Origin: Eledone cirrhosa
Taxonomy: Eukaryota
Assembly (NCBI GenBank): GCA_964016885.1
Contig: OZ024743.1
Coordinates: 257,114,001-257,178,000 of the forward strand
Reading direction: 5' to 3'
Length of the DNA stretch: 64,000 nucleotides
Shown piece after piece: positions 53,996-64,000 of the stretch. The position numbers were made by a program, and so were the translations under genes. A model generated the notes under the pieces. The model saw only the letters and a list, made by a program, of their open reading frames with translations, did not search any database and was not told the DNA's origin. The number at the start of each line of letters is the position of its first letter. Within the stretch, counting starts at the first letter, position 1.

Positions 53996-54209
53996 AACAC
54001 ACACACAAACACAAACTTGTATGCGTGTATGTAACTTTAGTTTTTACTATATGTTTTATTGTTTATGACAATGCTAGATTTATATCATAGTTGAGATTAT
54101 ATACCTTTATTCAATTGTATGTAAAAACATTAAATGTTAAAGGTATACATACATTTATATATAAACATTTATCGTACTGCCTCTCTGTTCTGTCCCTGTT
54201 CAATTTTTC

Positions 54210-54255
<46 letters not shown>

Positions 54256-54295
54256 TATATATATGTATACATATATGTATATGTGTGTGTGTGTC

Positions 54296-54329
<34 letters not shown>

Positions 54330-54348
54330 GGTATATATGCATATATAC

Positions 54349-54419
<71 letters not shown>

Positions 54420-54434
54420 CACGTAAACATATAT

Positions 54435-54502
<68 letters not shown>

Positions 54503-54514
54503 GTAAACATATAT

Positions 54515-54557
<43 letters not shown>

Positions 54558-54570
54558 TACATACATATAT

Positions 54571-54629
<59 letters not shown>

Positions 54630-54641
54630 CATATATATATA
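53850..54641. repeat. Large compound (TA)n microsatellite blocks (53850-54005, 54211-54641)
   Basis: Direct reading; includes an internal ~80-bp duplication marked by acacgtaaacat. Confidence 0.92.
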
Positions 54642-55038
54642 TTGGATATTGCTGAAACTTTTCTATTAAGATATTGAACCACTGGGTAAGCAAATATTGT
54701 TAGCATAATAAAAAACAATGTTAGTACGATTCTGATATGGTATTTCTATCAACTAAATTCTATATGTGTTGTATATCTAGAAGTATATGTACATAAACAA
54801 GAACAACATCAGCAACTATAGAGACTAATAATACACACACTCACGCATATGTGTGTCTGGATGTGTGTGTGTGTGTGTGTGTGTGTGTATTATTAGTCTC
54901 TGTTGTTGCTGATGTTCTAGTTTATGTACTCTTTAGTAAAAATAACAATTTTCTGTAACCCTGAGCAATATATTTCCTTGCAGTTGTTTAGATGATAGAC
55001 ATACCTTCTGATGAGGATCCTCACAAAGTTTTTAAAAT

Positions 55039-55227
55039 TAATTGTTTCTACTTTTGGCACAAGGCCAGCAATTACCCAGTACATCACTGGTACTTTATTT
55101 TATCGACCCAATAAGGATGAAAGGGAAAGTTAACCTCGACGGGATTTGAACTCAGACCGTAAAGGGATGTAACTATGCTGGAAAGCATGGCATCTGACCT
55201 GCCATCAATACTGCCAATTCACTGCCC
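55039..55227 (-). mobile_element. SINE family B with ~15-bp TSD
   Basis: Reverse complement of family B; gtttt(t/a)aaaattaat at 55028-55042 and 55230-55244. Confidence 0.9.
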
Positions 55228-55761
55228 TTGTTTTAAAAATTAATGCAAGGTATTTATCATTTTTTCAATTTACAAGGAAATGCATATATTTGGCATGTTT
55301 ACATACTAGAAATATGTAAATTTCTATATGCATTCACATAGTCTCAGTTACCTCTCTCCTGTATATATAGATATAACTTTATCATATATACATATAAATA
55401 TATATATACACCAACTCACACATACATGATTTCTTTGAAATCTATTTCAGTTCTTTTCAGAATTTAAGACATTCAGTAACAATGTCACAAAGCACTTTTG
55501 ATTAAGTCAAGACAAGTATTATGGACACGTATGTTGCTAAAATTTCTAAGAAAGAAATCACTGGATAGTTTTCACGAAAAAAGCCAACTGGCAGGAGAAT
55601 CTCAGAGACCCACCACAAGCAATATCGTTGGATAACATCCATGAGCTGGGCTGGTCTCACTTGGGGATCCAGTAGGATTATTTTGAGGATTGCTTCTGGT
55701 AGGACCCTCTAGAAGGGGTGTTTGCGAACTCTGCCCTCAGGATTAATAATACAGAAAAACA

Positions 55762-55816
55762 AGGAGGAGGGGAGGAGGAGGAGGAGGAGGAGGAGGAGAA
55801 GAAGAAGAAGAAGAAG

Positions 55817-55846
<30 letters not shown>
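55762..55846. repeat. (GAG)n(GAA)n trinucleotide microsatellite
   Basis: Direct reading. Confidence 0.95.
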
Positions 55847-55847
<1 letters not shown>

Positions 55848-56267
55848 GAAATATATCTAAAATGAAATGAATATGTAGTTGACTCAAGTTATGAGTGGAT
55901 ATTTCTTTGTAGTACATTGAGTACGTGTGTGTATGTGGGAGGGGGGTTGTTCTATGTCTATATTGTGTGCATAAAATACTTTTCGAAATGTGAATCCTGA
56001 AGCATAGATGAGCTGATAGGAAACTGAGCATAACAGGAATGAAGTGTGTGTAGGTGAGACAATTCCACTTGTTCTAATATTTAAAGTGAATCGATGGTGA
56101 TGGTTAGGTGAAAAAAAGCCTTGAATTCCAACTGAAAGGAAGTCCTGGTAAAAGAAAGCCCAGAAAGATGTGGAGAAATGTTGTAATGGAGAAGGCATGT
56201 CTAACTCATGCAAGCATGTATAAGTTGGCATAAAAGTGATGCTGAAGATGTGTGTGTATGTATGTGT

Positions 56268-56298
<31 letters not shown>

Positions 56299-57001
56299 CC
56301 ATACATATATATATACATACATATATATATACACATACACATCTATATGGGGGGAGGGTGAAGGGAGTTCGTGTGGAAGGAAGCCTTGGAGGAGGATGAC
56401 CAAAAAAGACTTAAGCAGGTGAAAGTCGATCTCAGGAAACTACACCTTACAAAGGATGACAAAAGAAAGAAACCACGTTGAGAGATATTGTAATGGAGAG
56501 GAGACAACTAACTCAGGCAAGCATGAAAAAACAGACTTGGTGATGTTGTTGATGATGATGAATGATATGAAAATACAGAGAGTACACAAGCTACTTACTA
56601 AATACTGTAGAAGCAGTGATGTAAGACAAAAAGAAAATGAAAAAAAAATACAAATTTCAGCATACAATGAAAATAAGCTGAACAAATAGAAAAGATGTGA
56701 TAGCTGGAATACTAGTAGAAGATTTACAAACTATCACTGGTCTCCAATGAATCCCTTTACAATGTTACAAATCTGTCAAAGTCCCGCAAGACTTGCATGC
56801 AATACTATTTTTTCTTCAGATGTGTTACAACAGTGTTTAAATGACTTTTTTTGTGATGTGTGATGTGGATGTTTAATATCTGATATCAGCAATACAAATA
56901 ATCAAATGTTTAATAATGTTATCCACACATATATAAATAAATATATATATCTAATGTTCTAGCCCTCTCTGCATGTGTGTGTGTATATATATATATATTT
57001 A

Positions 57002-57037
<36 letters not shown>

Positions 57038-57070
57038 GGTATAAATTGAAGTTGTAGCCAATCGATTTGT

Positions 57071-57107
<37 letters not shown>

Positions 57108-57111
57108 GTGG

Positions 57112-57142
<31 letters not shown>

Positions 57143-57143
57143 G

Positions 57144-57334
57144 TAATTGTTTCTACTTTTGGCACAAGGCCAGCAATTATCCAGTACATTACTGGTACTT
57201 TATTTTATCGACCCCATAAGGATGAAAGGCAAAGTTAACCTCGGCGGGATTTGAACTCAGAATGGCAAGGGCCGTAACTCTATGCGTCAAAGCATGGCGT
57301 CCAACCCTCTACCGATACTGCCAATTCACCGCCC
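57144..57334 (-). mobile_element. SINE family B, full length, TSD tatatatatagtaat
   Basis: Reverse complement of family B; the flanking direct repeat is seen on both sides. Confidence 0.92.
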
Positions 57335-57430
57335 TATATATATAGTAATAATAGTAAATTTGAAGACTAAAATCCAAAGAGGGCTTGATAAGGAAAAATA
57401 TATATCAAATATATAAGATCTCTGGAGCAA

Positions 57431-58292
57431 ATATTTATTAAAATAACAGATTAAAGTTTAAGCAAAGAATCGCTGCTTTCACCCTTAACGAGATCTTCTG
57501 AAACTAAAAAAATGAATCTGTGAACGCAGAAGTTAATATTTCTAAAAACGTTGCAACCGAAGGAAAACAGGAAGACGATACTTTGGTTCGTGAAAACGTT
57601 CTCTGGCGATGAACGGAAAAAAGCGAAGATAATACGTCTTTATGTGGAGCGGTTAGAACAATTACACGCAAAGACAAAACCACGTTTATGGTATAAATGA
57701 AGTCATAGACTAATATTCTATTTAGGAAACCGAATGATTCTCGGCCTCAAAGTTAAGAATAATTGTTTATACTTTAGGCACAAGGCCAGCAATTAGCCAA
57801 TACATTACTGGTATTTTATTTTATCGACCCCGTAAGGATGAAAGGCAAAGTTAACCTCGGTGGGATTTGAACTCAGACTGTAAAGGGACGTAACTATGCT
57901 AGAAAGCATGGCGTCCAACCCTCTACCGATACTGCCAATTCACCTCAAAGTTAAGAATAATGTAAATAAATAAGTAGAACGAAAATGACAGAGGTTATTG
58001 AAATCAACAATAGTCTACGACTTCATTTATACCATAAACGTGGTTTTGTCTTTGCGTGTAATTGTTCTAATCGCTCCACATAATGACGTATTATCTTTGC
58101 TTTTTTCCGTTCATTGCCAGGGATCGTCTTCACGAACCAAAGTATCGTCTTCCTGTTTTCTTTCGGTTGCAATGTTTTTCGAAATATTTACTTCTGCGTT
58201 CACAGATTCATTTTTTTTGGTTTCAGAAGATCTCGTTAAGGGTGAAAGCAGCAATTATTTGCTTAAACTTTAATCTGTTATTTTAATAAATA
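57431..58292. mobile_element. Large foldback element (~280-bp inverted arms) with a SINE B inserted in its spacer
   Basis: Arms 57431-57712 and 58011-58292 are clear reverse complements with scattered mismatches. A further partial copy lies at ~62357-62460. Confidence 0.75.
57760..57944 (-). mobile_element. SINE family B with 17-19-bp TSD
   Basis: cctcaaagttaagaataat at 57745-57763 and 57943-57961. Confidence 0.93.
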
Positions 58293-58307
58293 TATATATA
58301 TACATAT

Positions 58308-58653
58308 GGAGGCACATGGCTTAGTGGTTAGAGCATTGGCCTTGCAATCGAAAGGTTATGAGTTCAATTCTCAGACCGGGTGATGTGTTGTTTCCTTGAG
58401 CAAGACACTTTATTTCACATTGCTCCAGTTTAATCAGCTGTAGAAATGAGATGATAGGGACTTGAGTCCCTATCATTCCACTGCAAAGTGGTCGTGGAGG
58501 TGCCACGGCAAAAAAGCATCCAGCACTCGCTGTAAATGAGGTTGGTGTTAGGAAGGGCATCCAGCTGTAGAAATCAAGCCAGAATCAGTTCCCGTCCCAC
58601 CCTTGCAAGCAGGGAAAAGTGGACGTAAAAATGAAATGAAAAAATGAAAATGA
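58308..58653 (+). mobile_element. tRNA-derived SINE, family A, full length
   Basis: Near-identical to 45896-46227. Confidence 0.93.
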
Positions 58654-59844
58654 TATATGTAACATATACACACGCAGGCATATCTATATATATATATATA
58701 TACATATATGTAACATATACACACACATATGTAAACATATATATACACATACATACATATGTATATATATATATAAACATGTAAACATGTAAACACACAC
58801 ATACATATATACTGCATTTATACATATACACACACACACATACATATATATGCATTTATACATATACACACACACATTTATATACTGGTTATTAACGACT
58901 TGGCTATGTTGGATTAAAAGTTTGTATTTAATAGGTAGTCTTCTGTTCTTGTTCAGCTGTTGAGAGTTGTTAAGCCTGTTGTCACATGCCTAAAACCTGG
59001 TATTGTTGGTAGACATGTTATATACTACAATGGACCCAACCTGGTTGCATCACAGACTGGTGCCATGCACAGCAAGCTCACCATGGACGAAAGAAGGTTT
59101 GTTTTCTACTTATTTTCGCTAGGGTTGGTTTTGTGTGCATGGAAAAAAAATGTGACTGGGACAAGTGTAGAAAAGAGGCACAAACAGAAGTGGTCATTTT
59201 TCAAAATAAAACATATGGTAGACCACCATAGACAATAAAATGGAAAAAGTTTTTAATTCTTTCTGCGCTGCCTCGTACCAAATGGTCCATAGCCTGATAC
59301 CAATATGCAGCCCAGTGGTTGGAGACTGCTGATATACTGTGTGTATTGAACCTCTGTTGTTTCTGACTCTATCAATTCCTTGGATTGAGTATTGTTGGCA
59401 TATCTAGTCTAATGTTCTGCTGTGCACCTTCATGTCAGATTCAATCACTATTGCACTGTCAAAATGTTTCCTCTTTGCAATTTTTAAAAATATTTTCTTA
59501 GGAATTATCCTTTGTTACCTCATAATCACGAGTTTAAAAAGAGCACCAGATTGGTGACATTTACAGTTGAAGTTCCAAAATGCAATCACAAATTCAATTA
59601 TGATAGCTTCTTCCCTCACACATTTTCCCTTTGGAATTCTCTCCTGGATTCTACAGTTTTGCTACTATAGTTTGCAAAAATTCAAAAGGAACATCAACCT
59701 GCATCTTCTCTGTCCTTGAATTATGTTATCTCTGTCTTGTCCTGATAGTGAGCAACAAAAAAAGTGATTGAGCAACCAATATGTACATGTACTCTTAACA
59801 TAGTTCTAAGGGAGATTCAGTATGATATAAAATGTGACAAGACT

Positions 59845-59997
59845 GGTTTCTTCAGTTACAGGTACAACTCATTTTTACCAGCAGATTGTTATGGAGCAAT
59901 GTGAAAAGTTTCTTGCCATAAGCTCTTGCCACCTGCTCTGGGAATTGAACACAACTTTATGGTGATGAGTTAAAAACCCTAAACACTTAGCCACATA
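59845..59997 (-). mobile_element. Old degenerate SINE A-like head
   Basis: ggagcaatgtgaaa..ttcttgc, gggaattgaac and cacttagccacat resemble the reverse complement of the SINE A head. Confidence 0.5.
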
Positions 59998-60334
59998 CTT
60001 TCAAAACTATACAACTTAGTACATTAATAGGACTTCTAGTCTGCTGAATTCAAACTGATACATCAACTTGTATTGTATATCCAATTGAACACTAATACAA
60101 ATTATAGATCAATTATGTATTAGTTAAGACATTAATCATTTGATGATTAATTGAGTTGATATTGTTAATTACAGTTTATGGAGAATAAACCACAGTCTAC
60201 ATCAAAGTGGACAACGCAAACTGAGATAAAGTCTCGTACTTTCACTCTCTCACTCCATCCTTTCTTCTCTCTCTTCCTGTATGTGTATATGTGTGTATAT
60301 ATATGATCTATATGTGTGTACATGTATGATGTAT

Positions 60335-60336
<2 letters not shown>

Positions 60337-60392
<56 letters not shown>
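60337..60392. repeat. (GT)n microsatellite
   Basis: Direct reading. Confidence 0.95.
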
Positions 60393-60394
<2 letters not shown>

Positions 60395-60681
60395 CTGTCT
60401 GTGTGAGAGAGTATTATGTATGTATATATGATTATTTTACCATTAAATGTTTATTTTCCATGCTTGCATGGATTAGACAGGTTGTCATGTTTTGAGGTAG
60501 GGAAGTCACATGACCTTGTCTTTCTCTCAGAATCAATTTTTTGGCTTGGTCTTCTTTATCTGGATGCCCTTCCTAATGCTAACCATATTTCAACATCGAC
60601 TGGGAGCTTTTCTATGGTACCAGTATAACCATTTTACAGGGTAGGCAGGGTGCTCTCCCTCTCTCTATATATATTAATATA

Positions 60682-60943
60682 GTGTTTATGGCATTTAATC
60701 GCAATCTCTCGCTGATGAAGCCCAGGATTATCTGTTACAAACACACTCAGGGCGAAACAGATTAGGGATAATCTGTCCGAGAGATATAATGGTTATTGAG
60801 GCGGTTTGTATTATTATGATAATATATTTTTATTTTCATTTTGTCATTCTGTCTGTTTCTTGGTTAAATATTTCAAGCATATGTGGTTTTTCAACCCTTG
60901 TAATTTTAGACACACGGTTTACTGTGTTTCTTACTATATATTG
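60682..60943 (+). mobile_element. ~260-bp hammerhead-containing element (solo pLTR or retrozyme-like)
   Basis: Contains the hammerhead below; flanked by the direct repeat tatatattaatata (60668-81, 60944-57). Confidence 0.6.
60704..60785 (+). ncRNA. Type I hammerhead ribozyme, complete
   Basis: Stem I atctctcg/cgagagat; core CTGATGA (60712-18) plus A; stem II GCCC/GGGC; GAAA (60754-57); stem III cagatta-ggga-taatctg; GTC cleavage triplet ending at C60777. Confidence 0.9.
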
Positions 60944-61451
60944 TATATATTAATATATATAACTTAGCAGAGATATCAGTTTAAAATATATTTGTGTTCT
61001 GGCAAACCAATTTTATTACTTATTGTATAGCAGTAGGATTTGACTCCTTAGATCCCTGGTTCATCACATATAAAGTAGTGAAGACTGAATAGGAAGTTGA
61101 ACCTCATAATAAAACTAATAAAGGAGCCTAAGAATTGGCAATATGCCATAGCAGAGAAGAGTTACCTAACAATATGAAAATGTGAATGTAACATGCATTA
61201 ATCATGCCCTACCTTCTCCACTATGGCTCCTTAGTAACTATTCTCACCATCACTGTAACCCCACTCCATCCAAAATGACTTAAACCCAATTTCTCCTCCA
61301 CATCACTCCATTTGTTGTCCAGCAGTTGTCTCCCCCTCCAACAAACACACACCCACTATCTTTCCTCTCTCACATCATTCTGTCAAATCCCACTCAGCTA
61401 TGCACCTTCATAGTATATATATATATGCAAACAAACACAAACACAGAAAAA

Positions 61452-61454
<3 letters not shown>

Positions 61455-61520
<66 letters not shown>
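61455..61520. repeat. (TA)n(GA)n microsatellite
   Basis: Direct reading. Confidence 0.95.
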
Positions 61521-61521
<1 letters not shown>

Positions 61522-62508
61522 CATCTAACTCCAGATGGAGTCATAGGGGTACTGTCATGACACACACCTTGTCTTGGACGTTTTCAAACCTGGCAGAGCC
61601 CATACTTCTCCAGGTTTGAACACAGCTGATTTCTTTCAGAGAAGGAGAGAGAGGGATAGAAAGGGAGTGAGAAAGAGATAAAAAGGAAGAACTGATCTCA
61701 GTATTGGATTGGTATCAGTTAGTGATTTTAAAAATCAAAGATGACCCCAACAGGATTTGAACTTGGAGCACAGAGAGCCAAAATGAATTCTAAAGACACT
61801 GCTAATTCACTGCTTCAGTGCATATATATAATTACATTTTCCCTCATGCCTTCCATTTATTTGATATATATATAACTATTGTTTCTATTTTCTTTGCTAA
61901 TGTCATGCTTCTGTTATTTCTGCCTTATAGCTGTTGTATAAACATACACACGTTTAGTTAAGTGAGCATGGTATTAGGAGAAAAATTATTGAAATGTTGT
62001 TAGAATACAGAGATATTTTTCTATATATACACTGTACATACGTGTATGTGTGTGTGTGTGAAAAGTCAACAATGGAAAACAACACAAGACAAAAATATAG
62101 CATAATGATGATATATATTAAATCAAAGCTTGGTATAGTCGGAAAAGAGTCTCGACATTTTGGACGTTAGTCCTTCATTGGATGATTGAATGAGAGAGAT
62201 AGAAGAAATGAAAAGATAGATTAGAGTAAGAAAAGGAAGAAATGGAAAACAATTTATTTCACCAGAGGAAAGCATGTGTGTGTTTAGTCAGCCATTATAT
62301 ATATATATATGCTTATAAATATCTGTACACGAATATATAATATTATATATATATATATAACAGATTAAAGATTAAGCAAAGAATCGCTGTTTTCACCCTT
62401 AACGAGATCTTCTGAAACTAAAAAAATCAATCTGTGAACGCAGAAGTAAATATTTCGAAAAAAAAGTTACACACTATATATACATATATACACACACACA
62501 CACACACA

Positions 62509-62780
62509 GCGACGTCATAATATCGTAATGCAGACAGATATTATAAGGGCGCAACGTTATATCTGTGTATCTATCTAAAAAGAAAGACTAAGAATTATAG
62601 AGAGATCGCTAAATCACCTAATGCGGTCCCTAGGGCATTGAAATTTTGAAATATTTTTGGCTCAAAACACTCACAGCACCATAAGTATTACATGTGTAAA
62701 GTTTGAAAACAATCGGTTGGGTGATTCTCGAGGTTTAGGGAGTCAGACAGACAGATATTCTCTGTTTTAGATATATAAAT
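62509..62780 (+). mobile_element. Non-autonomous Helitron/Helentron-like element 3' part
   Basis: catgtgtaaagtttgaaaacaatcggttg..(acag)n..ttttagatatata resembles the typical 3' architecture of HINE/DINE-like elements (recalled pattern). Confidence 0.45.
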
Positions 62781-62989
62781 AACACAGATGTAATAGGCTT
62801 TCCCTGTACTCATCTATCTATCTGTATGTCATGAACAATTACATGTAAAATGCATACCATTTTAGAAGTATATTACATTATTTATTTAGTCACACTTTTC
62901 GTCTCATTCCATTTCCTATGCTGTTTTTACTTTTGTTTAAATAACATTACTTGGAACAGCACAAAACAGCAATGACCCAAAACCCACTA

Positions 62990-63043
<54 letters not shown>

Positions 63044-63056
63044 CATACATATACAT

Positions 63057-63091
<35 letters not shown>

Positions 63092-63834
63092 CACATATGT
63101 TGACACATCTATATATACTTCGTTTTTGTATTTGTTTTGCGAGGTTATTGATGTGAAACTGTGTGTTGAAACAGATATTGTTATACTTTGGGAGGGTCAT
63201 TCTGCTAATAAAAACACATGTATCAGTTGCATTTTACTTCAGTTTTATTACTATTTGGGTACATAATCAATTCCTCAGTTAGTTTAGTAACTAGGCGGTT
63301 GTTTAATTGTCATATTTGAATGTCAAAGCTCCTACCTCACACATTCTGTGACCTTATTAGTGACTATTCTTGCTCCTGTGTTTTGATTGTGTTTTATTCA
63401 TTCAATCTCATCATTGTGATGTGTATGGGAGAGAAACAAGATATAAATAATACATGCCTGCATTCACACATGCCAAACACTTGCGCAAATAGCAGTATAA
63501 AAATATACATACACACATGCATACCACATACACACCAGTGATCTTAGTACTCCACAAAGGAGGAGAACCTCAACATTCATAATAGAGTAGATAGATATAG
63601 ATACTTATATGGAATCATATACAATATGCTTGTGTACATCTTGCTGAGTATTAGAGACGGCGATGATGCTACAGCTAACTCTGTAACCATATGAGAATGC
63701 AAATACTAATATTTGAGGATCTTTACCCATCTTCAGCCATGTTTACTCACTTGCTACTGAGACACATAAGATATGTATAGATTTTTGCAAACAATATAAT
63801 TATGGAGAAGCTCATTTTCATACAGTTTGTGTTT

Positions 63835-64000
63835 GATGAGCTGGTAATAAAGGGTCGGATGCTATGCTTTGATGCATAGAGTTACGGCCTCGCCATTCTG
63901 AGTTCGAATCCTGCCGAGGTTAACTTTGCCTTTCATCCTTACGGGGTCAATAAAATAAAATACCAGTAATGCACTGGGTAATTGCTGGCCTTGTGCCAAA
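63835..64000 (+). mobile_element. SINE family B (runs off the window end)
   Basis: B-box gagttcgaatcc, gccgaggttaactttgcctttcatccttacggggtc. Confidence 0.88.

Noticed and set aside
55008-55030. CTGATGAGGATCCTC hammerhead-like start
   Set aside because: No GAAA after the short palindrome and no stem I or III.

Overview
This is eukaryotic, AT-rich, repeat-dominated DNA. The SINE and RTE-LINE families and the very long (TA)n tracts look like an octopod cephalopod genome (inference from recalled repeat families, not a database search). Bases 1-23810 are the right end of a tandem satellite of about 300 units (80 bp, with 72-bp and rare 81-bp variants). The array has nested multi-kb duplications, and its consensus folds on the + strand into a 54-nt, 21-bp hairpin separated by an A/T-rich linker. 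Bases 23811-64000 contain no supportable intact protein-coding gene. They hold a decayed Penelope-like GIY-YIG ORF, a near full-length decayed mariner, several RTE LINE fragments (with a PHD-like finger inside the RT), two abundant tRNA-derived SINE families, microsatellites and a series of long foldback elements sitting in (TA)n. Two of these foldbacks carry type I hammerhead ribozyme motifs, and a separate complete canonical hammerhead lies at 60704-60785. Nearly all ORF-track entries are artefacts of satellite or microsatellite translation.
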